Shown here: positions 25,553 to 33,836 of the stretch, one piece after another
How positions within the stretch are numbered: the stretch's first letter is position 1
Layout of the letters: the number at the start of each line of letters is the position of its first letter
Assembly: GCA_964366335.1 (NCBI GenBank)
Contig: CAYITQ010000002.1
Coordinates: 1 to 41,549, forward strand
Length of the DNA: 41,549 nt
Reading direction: 5' to 3'
From: an uncultured Gammaproteobacteria bacterium
GTDB taxonomy: Bacteria; Patescibacteriota; Microgenomatia; CAZETR01; Amesbacteraceae
Translations under genes and position numbers: made by a program
The notes under the pieces: generated by a model
Databases searched by the model: none
What the model was told of the DNA's origin: nothing
The model's input: only the letters and a program-made list of their open reading frames with translations

Positions 25553-26724
25553 ATCGTTTCAATTTCTAATGGGGCAGGAGTAGTAACAGTGACGGTTCCC
25601 GTTTTTGATATATAGATATTAATTTCTGATCTCAAACCAAACTTGGGTGTATAAATTCCAGGTTCAATACTATATCCTGAATCGAATAATAAATTTCGAT
25701 TGTCTAAGGTCTCATAATTATCAAGATTAGGCCCATAACCGTGCAATTCGGATGAAATATTATGTCCCAAACGATGAATAAAGTACTTTTCATATCCGGC
25801 TTTTTTAATTATATTTCTGGCAATATTATCTAAACTTGATCCTTTAATCATTCTGTTTTTAATATTTGTTTGTAAATATTTAATGACTGCATTTCGAGTA
25901 TCGATTAGGGCGTTCCATGCACAAGATACCTTCTTGGGTATAGTTTTACCTGTGTAATACATGGTTGTAATATCTGCATAAATACTGTTTGGATTATTCA
26001 CTTTTCCCCAGATATCAATGAGTAAGATAACATTTTCTTTGATAATAACTGGTTGCTCAATTGATGGAAAATAATGTGGGTTTCCGGTATTTTTACCACT
26101 GGCTACAACCGGATGATAAATACTCAAAAGTTCATAATGCGTGTATCGGGATTCTATATATTTTTGTATTTGATAATCGGTAATATTTCCGATTTTGGAT
26201 CTAATCAATAATTTAGTTTCATCTAGTATCAAAATTAGTTTACGAACGGCTTCTTTGTGTGAATTCAGTCCGCTCCTTCCCCACCTTGATGTTAATTCTC
26301 CCAATAAATCTTGTGAACTTACTATTTTTGCTTTAGTTAGACTTTTAATTAGCTGAACCGTTCCAAAATCAATCCTAGATAAAAGAGGAATGTTAGCCTT
26401 AGTACTAACTTCCATAGCAATAGTCCCCCGTGAAGGCAGATATGAGGACAGAATACTTATCAAAGAGGCACGTGATGAATAGGCGAGCTTTTTTCCAATG
26501 ACATTATCAAGCTTATCACTTTCCATCGATTGGTAAATCCAGATGGGTTGTTTTAAATTACTTTTGAGCAGGCAAAACCATGGTCTGGTTACTAATTCAG
26601 TGATTTCACATATTTCCGATGCAATTGGATTCATCCCCACAGAATAAGTCCCCTGAGATTGATAAATCAACCAGGCGTCGATATTTCGTTTTTTGAGTAA
26701 ATTTAATGCGAGTTTATAATTCAT
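25549..26724 (-). CDS. M24-family metallopeptidase (Xaa-Pro aminopeptidase/creatinase-like)
   Basis: The pita-bread C-terminal motifs are present: HRLGHNIS..ELHG, GYSIEPGIY, and the D/D pair region LIDIWG...YADITT. Confidence 0.78.
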   Translation of the reverse strand: MNYKLALNLLKKRNIDAWLIYQSQGTYSVGMNPIASEICEITELVTRPWFCLLKSNLKQPIWIYQSMESDKLDNVIGKKLAYSSRASLISILSSYLPSRGTIAMEVSTKANIPLLSRIDFGTVQLIKSLTKAKIVSSQDLLGELTSRWGRSGLNSHKEAVRKLILILDETKLLIRSKIGNITDYQIQKYIESRYTHYELLSIYHPVVASGKNTGNPHYFPSIEQPVIIKENVILLIDIWGKVNNPNSIYADITTMYYTGKTIPKKVSCAWNALIDTRNAVIKYLQTNIKNRMIKGSSLDNIARNIIKKAGYEKYFIHRLGHNISSELHGYGPNLDNYETLDNRNLLFDSGYSIEPGIYTPKFGLRSEINIYISKTGTVTVTTPAPLEIETI

Positions 26725-26730
26725 GCCACT

Positions 26731-26752
26731 AAAAAACCCCGCTTTTGCGGGG
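26731..26752 (-). terminator. intrinsic terminator after rplT
   Basis: The minus strand reads CCCCGC-aaaa-GCGGGG followed by TTTTTT. The T tract ends 6 nt before the M24 ATG. Confidence 0.75.
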
Positions 26753-26844
26753 TATGGATAAAGATTTGCACTAATCCATCACCCCGCACGCGGAGCAAAG
26801 AAAAAGGCAAACATGGAATTAATGGTGTATTTCATAAGCCTATA

Positions 26845-27189
26845 TTACCTTTTTGGTAAAGCTTTGTCAACGATTTGAGCAAAAACATGGGGTTGTTTGA
26901 CGACTAGATCAGCCATGATTTTGCGGTCAATTTCGATTTTCTCTTTTTTTAAGCCACCCACAAACTTGGAATAAGACAGGCCCATTTGGTGTAGGGCTGC
27001 ATTGATGCGGACAATCCAGGTGGCCCGCAGATCGCGCCGACGCAAACGCCTGCCATTAAATGCATATTGACCGGCATGGAGAACTGCCTCGGATGCAACT
27101 TTGTAGAGCCTATTTTTGGTCATCCGGAAACCTTTGGCCCGATTCAAAAGCTTGTTGTGTCGCGCCCGGCGGTTATTTTTTACTCTCAT
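26845..27189 (-). CDS. rplT: 50S ribosomal protein L20
   Basis: MRVKNNRRARHNKLLNRAKGFR... is a canonical L20 sequence. Confidence 0.95.
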   Translation of the reverse strand: MRVKNNRRARHNKLLNRAKGFRMTKNRLYKVASEAVLHAGQYAFNGRRLRRRDLRATWIVRINAALHQMGLSYSKFVGGLKKEKIEIDRKIMADLVVKQPHVFAQIVDKALPKR

Positions 27190-27190
27190 A

Positions 27191-27385
27191 TTATTTTCCC
27201 ATGACCTTTCTAATTTTCCGGGATATGGTTGCTCCCAGTTCGCGGATCACTTTGTGACGTCTCAGCTGCGAAGCCGATTTATTACTGCGCAAATGCCGGC
27301 CAAAAGATGACCGGTGCATGACTTTACCCGTCTTTGTAATGGTTAATCTTTTGGCTATTGATTTTCTGGTTTTTATTTTCGGCAT
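27191..27385 (-). CDS. rpmI: 50S ribosomal protein L35
   Basis: MPKIKTRKSIAKRLTITKTGKV..R is a canonical L35 sequence. Confidence 0.95.
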   Translation of the reverse strand: MPKIKTRKSIAKRLTITKTGKVMHRSSFGRHLRSNKSASQLRRHKVIRELGATISRKIRKVMGK

Positions 27386-27882
27386 AAGCCTCCTATATAC
27401 TGTTTACCCACCCATTTGGGTAACTGGTCTATCTTGGCGACGATGGACAAAGCGCTAACAGCTCTTTGCCAGACTGTCTCGGCAAATTCTTTGTGAGTCA
27501 GTTGCCTGCCCACAAATTTTACCGTGATCCGGACTTTGTCTCCATTGCCCAAAAACTCACGGGCGCGGTTCATCCGGGTTTCGAAGTCACCGCTGGCCAT
27601 AAATGGTGTCAGCCTGACTTCCTTTAGGTCAATCTTTTTTTGAGTAGATTTAGCCAAGCGCTCTTTTCTGGCCAATTGATATTTAAACTTGGTATATTCA
27701 ATAAGTTTTGCTACCGGAGGCTTGGCCTGCGGTGCCACTTCTACCAAATCCAGATTTAACTTTTTGGCCTCAATCAGAGCGTCCTCTTTGGACAAAACTC
27801 CGACCATGGTACCATCTTCACGCAAAACCCTCAATTCTTTTGCTTGAATTTGATTGTTGATGCGATAAAAAACAGTACTCAC
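27373..27882 (-). CDS. infC: translation initiation factor IF-3
   Basis: RINNQIQAKELRVLREDG...VEVAPQAKPPVAKL fits IF-3. It has a non-ATG (GTG) start, and a TATAAT box (27892-27897, minus strand) lies 9 nt upstream. Confidence 0.93.
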   Translation of the reverse strand: MSTVFYRINNQIQAKELRVLREDGTMVGVLSKEDALIEAKKLNLDLVEVAPQAKPPVAKLIEYTKFKYQLARKERLAKSTQKKIDLKEVRLTPFMASGDFETRMNRAREFLGNGDKVRITVKFVGRQLTHKEFAETVWQRAVSALSIVAKIDQLPKWVGKQYIGGLCRK

Positions 27883-27903
27883 TTGGATAACATTATATCA
27901 ATT

Positions 27904-28197
27904 TTAGTTTTTAAACACAACCACGTGTGATTTAAGAAATTCAAGGTCAAATGTTTCCAAAAATCCCAATCGACCGAGAAAGGCGGGTACTCGATCAGTA
28001 TTTAAAAAAGATATTGGTACAGCTCGTTCATTGTCTCCAAGCTTTACTTTAATTCTTTTCTTGTAAATATATACAATCTCTTTGCCACCCACTCCGATAG
28101 TATTATCCTTCCAGCAGTCATGGTCCAACGAAATATCAAGACTTTCAGCCATATATTTAGGAAGAGTTGTCATGTCAGCACCAGTATCGACTATCAA
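27904..28197 (-). CDS. retropepsin-like (clan AA) aspartic protease; the reading frame stays open upstream to 28326 with no ATG/GTG/TTG
   Basis: The catalytic motif IVDTGADMTTLP sits at residues 2-13 of the track ORF. The same frame upstream reads ...KGDVNLKVSFYNSSHDSWIIAW, which looks like the missing N-terminal beta strands. Confidence 0.7.
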   Translation of the reverse strand: MIVDTGADMTTLPKYMAESLDISLDHDCWKDNTIGVGGKEIVYIYKKRIKVKLGDNERAVPISFLNTDRVPAFLGRLGFLETFDLEFLKSHVVVFKN

Positions 28198-28445
28198 CCA
28201 TGCAATAATCCAAGAATCGTGAGAAGAATTGTAAAAAGATACTTTAAGGTTAACATCCCCTTTTGAGGGATATACGCAATTTCCGGAATTGCGTGGGGAT
28301 ATTTTATACGAACATCTCTCAGAATTTTAGCAGCGCCATCGCCTGTTTTTGCCGTAAAAGATTTTCCGGCAACCAATACCACATGTTTACCCCGATAATA
28401 CGGATTACCAAAGAAATGGTGCATGGTTAATTTTTTTGTTGCCAT
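28194..28445 (-). CDS. DUF5678-like small protein
   Basis: The pattern YRGKHVVLVAGKSFTAKTGDGAAKILRDVRIKYPHAIPEIAYIP matches my recollection of that family. The last 20 aa or so (MLTLKYLFTILLTILGLLHG) look like out-of-frame read-through. Confidence 0.55.
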   Translation of the reverse strand: MATKKLTMHHFFGNPYYRGKHVVLVAGKSFTAKTGDGAAKILRDVRIKYPHAIPEIAYIPQKGMLTLKYLFTILLTILGLLHG

Positions 28446-28447
28446 AT

Positions 28448-29872
28448 TTATATATTATCATGACTGGCAAGAAATTCTAGGATAGTTGTCTTTATTGATT
28501 CTATCTTTGGAGAACATTTTTGACGATGGATAATTTTTTTCCTGGACAAGTTCTTGATTTGTCTGGGAGCATTGACAATTGATCTTGAGAACTTTGACCA
28601 ATGGGCAGTGGAACAAATGATTACTGGTTTAATGATATTAGTCTTGGCTATATATCTCTCTGCCACGATATGCGCAACCGAAGTATGTGGGTCGATCAAA
28701 TATTTTGTTTCTGAATATAAAGCTTTGATGTGCTTCAGACAGTCTATATTTGAAACCCAATCTGCATAAAAAATGTCTTTTAATTTGTTTTTGGTAGCGA
28801 TATCAACCATAAAAAATTTATTTAATTTTAAATGATTCATCCAATCGCTTACCTGTTTGGGATTATTGGTCAGTAGATACAAAAGACGCTCAATATTGCT
28901 GGCGACCAATATATCCATTGATGGCGAAGGTGTTTTGACCAAAGATCGATTTCTAATATCATAGACTCCAGTCTGGAGGAATTTGGTCAGGACATTGTTG
29001 GCATTGGAGGCACATATGAGTTTTCTAACGGGTAGTCCCATTCCTCTGGCATAGAAAGCAGCCAAGATATTGCCAAAGTTTCCAGTCGGAATGGAAATGT
29101 CTATCTGGTCACCTGCGGATATAACTCCCATTCTTATCAAATCGACATAACTACTGACATGATAAACAATTTGGGGAACAAGCCTGCCCCAATTGATAGA
29201 GTTTGCAGACGATAAAGTAGTCTTGAATTTTGATTTCAATATATTATTAAACCGCTTATCGTTAAATATTTCCTTTACTAATGACTGACACTTATCAAAA
29301 TTGTCTTTGATAGCAACGACAGAAACATTTTCTCCTTCTTGTGTCGTCATTTGCAACTCTTGTATTTTTGAGACGTGCTTTTCCGGATAGAATACAATTA
29401 TTGAAATATTTTCTTTATCTTTATATCCTTCGAGGGCAGCTTTACCAGTATCTCCAGATGTGGCAACCAGTATCAAATAGCGATTAGGTTTCTTTATAGC
29501 TTTCGAAAAGAATAGCGGCATGATTTGGAGAGCCATATCTTTAAATGCCAAAGTTGGTCCATGCCACAATTCCAGAACATATTGGTTATCCTTTAGGTGA
29601 ATTAGCGGTGCAATAAGCGATGTGTCAAAGTTGGTAGAATATGCCTGATTAACAATATTTGAAATCACACCTTTAGGAAAACCAGTCTTGAATAAATTTA
29701 GGACAAATACCGCCCGCTTCTGGTAAGCCATGTCACTCAATTGGGTTAGTTGGTTGAGAGTTAGTTTTGGTATCTTTTCTGGAATAAAAAGTCCTCCATC
29801 ATCCGCAATACCTTTGAGTAATACTTCTGAAAAAGAATATTTCTTGTTGTTATCGCGTGTGCTCTTGTACAT
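28448..29872 (-). CDS. thrC: threonine synthase (long form)
   Basis: Contains MYKSTRDN..SFSEVLLKGIADDGGLFIP and the PLP-lysine motif TLAFKDMALQ. Confidence 0.9.
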   Translation of the reverse strand: MYKSTRDNNKKYSFSEVLLKGIADDGGLFIPEKIPKLTLNQLTQLSDMAYQKRAVFVLNLFKTGFPKGVISNIVNQAYSTNFDTSLIAPLIHLKDNQYVLELWHGPTLAFKDMALQIMPLFFSKAIKKPNRYLILVATSGDTGKAALEGYKDKENISIIVFYPEKHVSKIQELQMTTQEGENVSVVAIKDNFDKCQSLVKEIFNDKRFNNILKSKFKTTLSSANSINWGRLVPQIVYHVSSYVDLIRMGVISAGDQIDISIPTGNFGNILAAFYARGMGLPVRKLICASNANNVLTKFLQTGVYDIRNRSLVKTPSPSMDILVASNIERLLYLLTNNPKQVSDWMNHLKLNKFFMVDIATKNKLKDIFYADWVSNIDCLKHIKALYSETKYLIDPHTSVAHIVAERYIAKTNIIKPVIICSTAHWSKFSRSIVNAPRQIKNLSRKKIIHRQKCSPKIESIKTTILEFLASHDNI

Positions 29873-30911
29873 ATCCTTTCTTCACTAATAACTCTGCCAT
29901 AAGAATTGCTCCACCAGCAGCTCCTCTAATTGTGTTATGTGCTAGAGCAATAAATTTCCAATCGAAATGAATATCCTCCTGAAGTCGCCCCATCGTGATT
30001 CCCATTCCATTTTCATAATCACGATCTAGCTTTGATTGTGGCCTATTTTCTTCTTCAATATATTGAATCAAAGTTTTCGGAGAAGATGGAAGTTTTAACT
30101 TTGATAGTGGATTAAAATCATTAATACATTTCAAAATCTGTTCCTTTGACGGCTTGGTTTCGAATGAAACCGAGACGCTTACCATATGGCCATCGGTCAC
30201 CGGGATCCGAATACAAGTGGCGGAAATAATTGGCTTTATAGTCTCACCCCAGATCTTGAGTGGTTCTTTCTCTGATTTGGCTTCTTCCCCACCAATATAG
30301 GGAATTACATTGTCAATCATGTCTGGCCAATCTGTAAATGTCTTTCCAGCCCCGGATATTGCCTGTAGACTTACCACATGAATTTTTTTGGGATTGAATA
30401 TTTTTAGTGCAGTAAAAATAATAACATATGATTGGATAGAGCAGTTGGATTTGACTGCAATCAAGCCATTTTTCCATCCCCGATTTTGGCGTTGAGTATC
30501 TATACGCTGGATTTGGTGAGGATTGACTTCTGGAATAATCATTGGTACATCTTCAGACCAACGGTGGGCAGAGTTGTTTGAAATCACGGCAACACCCAGA
30601 CTAGCGTATTTCTCTTCAATTCTCTTGATATCTTCTTTTTCCATATCCAAAGCACAAAAAACTAGATCAACATCACGAACAATATTTTCTATATCTTCTT
30701 CTACCCTGCGAACGATTAACCCCTTTATATTATCTGGAATCATAGATTTTAATTTCCATCGGCCTAATACAGCTTCTTCGTAAGTTTTCCCAACAGACTG
30801 GGGTGAAGCAGCCACACAAACCACCTTAAACCAAGGATGCTTGGTCAAGAGTTCTATAAAGCGTTGGCCAACCATGCCAGTGGCTCCCAATATACCGACT
30901 TTTATTTCCAT
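29850..30911 (-). CDS. asd: aspartate-semialdehyde dehydrogenase
   Basis: Contains GILGATGMVGQRF, the active-site SNCSIQ, and a GAAGGA tail. Confidence 0.9.
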   Translation of the reverse strand: MEIKVGILGATGMVGQRFIELLTKHPWFKVVCVAASPQSVGKTYEEAVLGRWKLKSMIPDNIKGLIVRRVEEDIENIVRDVDLVFCALDMEKEDIKRIEEKYASLGVAVISNNSAHRWSEDVPMIIPEVNPHQIQRIDTQRQNRGWKNGLIAVKSNCSIQSYVIIFTALKIFNPKKIHVVSLQAISGAGKTFTDWPDMIDNVIPYIGGEEAKSEKEPLKIWGETIKPIISATCIRIPVTDGHMVSVSVSFETKPSKEQILKCINDFNPLSKLKLPSSPKTLIQYIEEENRPQSKLDRDYENGMGITMGRLQEDIHFDWKFIALAHNTIRGAAGGAILMAELLVKKGYVQEHTR

Positions 30912-31759
30912 ATTTGAGTTCCAGGATGATCTGGATTAAAAGTATTTTTTACTCTAACAATAATATTTTTTGCTTGGACGGGAATCATGGCTTCGGGATG
31001 CAATATTTTTGCCCCCGCTTGAGCCAAGGCAAGAGCCTCATCATATGACAATTTAGAATAAAATTTGACACTGGGATCTTTGTTTGGATCTCCGCTAAAT
31101 ATACCATCAACTTCCTTCCAGAGAATTACTTCGTTGGCATCCAAGGCATTGGCTAGGATAGTCGCACTATAATCTGACCCTCCTCGTCCCAAAGTTACTA
31201 TTTGTCCATCTTTTGTTGCACCAAAAAAACCAGTTATGACGGGAATAATATTTTGAGATAATAACGGAGATAATGAAGATATTGCTTTAACACTGGTACG
31301 ATCTAATATCACTCGACCATTACCAAAGCAACTGTCGGTCACGATTGCCAACGATGCGTCAACGGGGATTGATTTAGCCCCAATATTATTTAGGGTTGCT
31401 GACAAAAGATGACTACTCAATTTCTCTCCATAAGAAATCACGTAATCATAATTAGCTAGGGTAAAGTTTTTACAGAGTGTCAAATATAAAATCAATTCAC
31501 CAAATAGACGGTCTATAGATATATCATCTAATGCTAGCTTATGAATATTGTAAAGTGTCTTAATGATTTGATTAGCTCCAAAATAATCATGGGATTTAAA
31601 TTTCTGAAATAATTCAATTAGTTTATCTGTTACACCGCTCATGGCAGAGACTATTACAACAATCTTATTTTCTGCATAATATTTTTTGGCAATATTTGCC
31701 ACATTTAAAATCCGCTCTTTCGAGCCAACTGAGGTTCCCCCAAATTTCATTATAATCAT
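30902..31759 (-). CDS. aspartate kinase, catalytic domain only (no ACT domains)
   Basis: MKFGGTSVGS, VVIVSAMSGVTD, GRGGSDYSATILA and WKEVDGIFSGDP fit aspartate kinase. The protein ends at 285 aa, right after the kinase domain. Confidence 0.85.
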   Translation of the reverse strand: MIIMKFGGTSVGSKERILNVANIAKKYYAENKIVVIVSAMSGVTDKLIELFQKFKSHDYFGANQIIKTLYNIHKLALDDISIDRLFGELILYLTLCKNFTLANYDYVISYGEKLSSHLLSATLNNIGAKSIPVDASLAIVTDSCFGNGRVILDRTSVKAISSLSPLLSQNIIPVITGFFGATKDGQIVTLGRGGSDYSATILANALDANEVILWKEVDGIFSGDPNKDPSVKFYSKLSYDEALALAQAGAKILHPEAMIPVQAKNIIVRVKNTFNPDHPGTQIWK

Positions 31760-31781
31760 AAAAAATCCCGCTTGCGCGGGA
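31760..31781 (-). terminator. intrinsic terminator after thrS
   Basis: The minus strand reads TCCCGC-gcaa-GCGGGA followed by TTTTTT, which runs directly into the aspartate kinase ATG. Confidence 0.75.
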
Positions 31782-31804
31782 TGTGATTTACCACACGTCC
31801 CGCT

Positions 31805-33691
31805 CTAGGCAGTAGTAGTGGTAGTGTTTGTCCGATTAATAACTTCGTTTTTAATTTGATTGGAAAATTGTTCGACAGTCATAGTTTCAGATGCTTTTTT
31901 ACCACGAGTTCTAACTGCGACTGATCCAGACTCTATTTCTTTATCTCCCATGACCAATATATAAGGCACCTTTTGCATCTCGGCATCACGAATTTTGGCA
32001 CCCAGTGATTCTGCTCTGGAATCTAATTCACAACGGATATTGGCCAATTTTAAGGATTCCATTACCGACTGTGCATACTCGAGATGTTTTTCTGAAATTG
32101 GCAATACCGCCACCTGCACCGGAGCCAACCAAACTGGAAATGCACCTCCATAATGCTCAATAAGAATTCCAAAGAATCGTTCCATCGATCCAAAAACTAC
32201 ACGATGTACCATCACACATTGTTTTTCCTTACCATCTTTGTCGATATATGTGACATTAAAGCCTCTCCCAAGTTTTTTTAGATAAACTGACAGATTTTCT
32301 CTAGTTTTAAATTTGTGTTTAAATGTCTTTAATTTCCAAAAATCGTCAATTTCATCTTCGGTTGTCTCAGCGTTTGCTGGTTGATTGAAATCAAATTGGA
32401 CGGTACCCAGTTGCCATTCGCGCCCAATCGAATCTTTGACCTTGAGATCAATCTTTGGACCATAAAACACTCCTTCGCCTTCGTCAATTTTGTAATCAAA
32501 TCCTTCTGCAACTGCAGCTTTTTTGAGTGATTCTTCAGCGAAATTCCACATTTCAATGGTACCCAAATATTTTTCGGGTCTGGTGGAAATATAAACTTGA
32601 TAACTGGAAAAACCAAATAACGCATATACATCTTTCATGAGTTTTAAAACTTCACAAACTTCACCGATTACTTGTTCGGGTGCACAAAAAATATGTGAAT
32701 CATCTTGTGTAAATCCACGAACTCGAGTCATGCCATGGAGGACTCCCGCTCGTTCATATCGATAAACAGTCCCCAATTCACCAATCCGCATCGGTAATTC
32801 GCGATAACTCCTGGGATGATGATTGTAAATTTGAATATGATTAGGACAATTCATTGGTTTCAGTAATTCCTCAGTTTGATAATCGGGGGCACTTTCACCT
32901 TCAATAAATTCATGTAACATCACCGGAAACATTGAGTTTATATATTTTGATAAATGTCTACTTTTAACAAACATATCCATACTGGCAATATGAGGAGTAA
33001 AGACCAGCTGATAACCACGCTTATAGTGTTCTTTGCGCCAGTAATCCTCGACAATGTTGCGAACAATAGCAAGCTTAGGGTGCCACAGAATCAATCCTTG
33101 TCCAGTCAATGGATTGGTTGAAAATAGGTCAAGATCTTGTCCTAGTTTTCTATGATCTCTCTTTTTTGCCTCCTCAAGCATATTTAAATAATTACTCAAT
33201 TCTTTTTGGCTTGGCCAACAAGTGCCGTAAATACGGGTTAGCATTTTGTTTTTTTCAGACCCACGCCAATAAGCTCCAGCAATCGACTGAAGTTTGAAAT
33301 GTTGCATCTCTTTGGATGGATTTTCGACGTGACCCATTTTGCATAGATCAAGAAAATCTCCAGGGTCATTGGTCAAGAGTTTTTTCCCTTCGCCCGCAAA
33401 TTCTTCTAGCAATTCAATTTTGTAAGGATTATGCTTGAAAAGTTTTTTGGCTTCTTCGGGAGTTACTTCATTAAATTCAAAATGAGTCCACTTAGGCAAA
33501 ATTTCTCTCATTTTTGCCTCAATTTTTGGTAAGTCAGCATCGGAAATTACATGTCTACCCATGTCAAAGTCTTGGTAAAAACCATTTTCGATAGAGGGAC
33601 CAATGGCATTGTGGGCGCCAGGATACAACTCCAAAACGGCCTTGGCTAAAAGGTGTGCACAGCTATGTCTTAAATTGTCGAGATTGCTCAT
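31805..33691 (-). CDS. thrS: threonyl-tRNA synthetase lacking the N-terminal TGS domain
   Basis: It begins at the editing/SAD domain motif HSCAHLLA. Class II motifs and a C-terminal anticodon-binding domain are present. I used ATG 33691; the track start at 33715 is a GTG inside the upstream hairpin. Confidence 0.93.
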   Translation of the reverse strand: MSNLDNLRHSCAHLLAKAVLELYPGAHNAIGPSIENGFYQDFDMGRHVISDADLPKIEAKMREILPKWTHFEFNEVTPEEAKKLFKHNPYKIELLEEFAGEGKKLLTNDPGDFLDLCKMGHVENPSKEMQHFKLQSIAGAYWRGSEKNKMLTRIYGTCWPSQKELSNYLNMLEEAKKRDHRKLGQDLDLFSTNPLTGQGLILWHPKLAIVRNIVEDYWRKEHYKRGYQLVFTPHIASMDMFVKSRHLSKYINSMFPVMLHEFIEGESAPDYQTEELLKPMNCPNHIQIYNHHPRSYRELPMRIGELGTVYRYERAGVLHGMTRVRGFTQDDSHIFCAPEQVIGEVCEVLKLMKDVYALFGFSSYQVYISTRPEKYLGTIEMWNFAEESLKKAAVAEGFDYKIDEGEGVFYGPKIDLKVKDSIGREWQLGTVQFDFNQPANAETTEDEIDDFWKLKTFKHKFKTRENLSVYLKKLGRGFNVTYIDKDGKEKQCVMVHRVVFGSMERFFGILIEHYGGAFPVWLAPVQVAVLPISEKHLEYAQSVMESLKLANIRCELDSRAESLGAKIRDAEMQKVPYILVMGDKEIESGSVAVRTRGKKASETMTVEQFSNQIKNEVINRTNTTTTTA

Positions 33692-33699
33692 AGGTATAT

Positions 33700-33756
33700 A
33701 AAAAACAAAAACCACCGCTTCATTGCTCCCGGGGTTCCAAGCAATTACTTTGGTGG
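33700..33756 (-). terminator. compound hairpin plus T tract after nfo
   Basis: On the minus strand, CCACC...(ATTGCT-12 nt-AGCAAT)...GGTGG is followed by TTTTTGTTTTTT, ending 8 nt before the thrS ATG. Confidence 0.55.
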
Positions 33757-33836
33757 CTTAATTATCCTTCGATTTCACTCAGGACTGAGTGGCGCAGGTT
33801 GGTGAGTCCTGCAATCAGAAATAAATTGTAAAGATA

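Noticed and set aside
13941-28197. Possible alternative genetic code (UGA recoding, as in some candidate phyla).
   Set aside because: TGA works as a sensible stop here, for example at the nadE end in the ATGA overlap and at the end of the DUF5678-like ORF. All recognised genes are full-length under the standard code.
33700-33836. Possible T-box or tRNA-Thr-mimic leader upstream of thrS, with a GCAGG...CCTGC stem and an ACC-containing loop.
   Set aside because: At about 120 nt the leader is too short for a T-box. There is no T-box consensus (GGGTGGTACCGCG-like), and the GGT anticodon-like loop occurs only on the antisense strand. The hairpin plus T tract is more simply the nfo terminator, matching the same hairpin-then-ATG layout seen at two other junctions.
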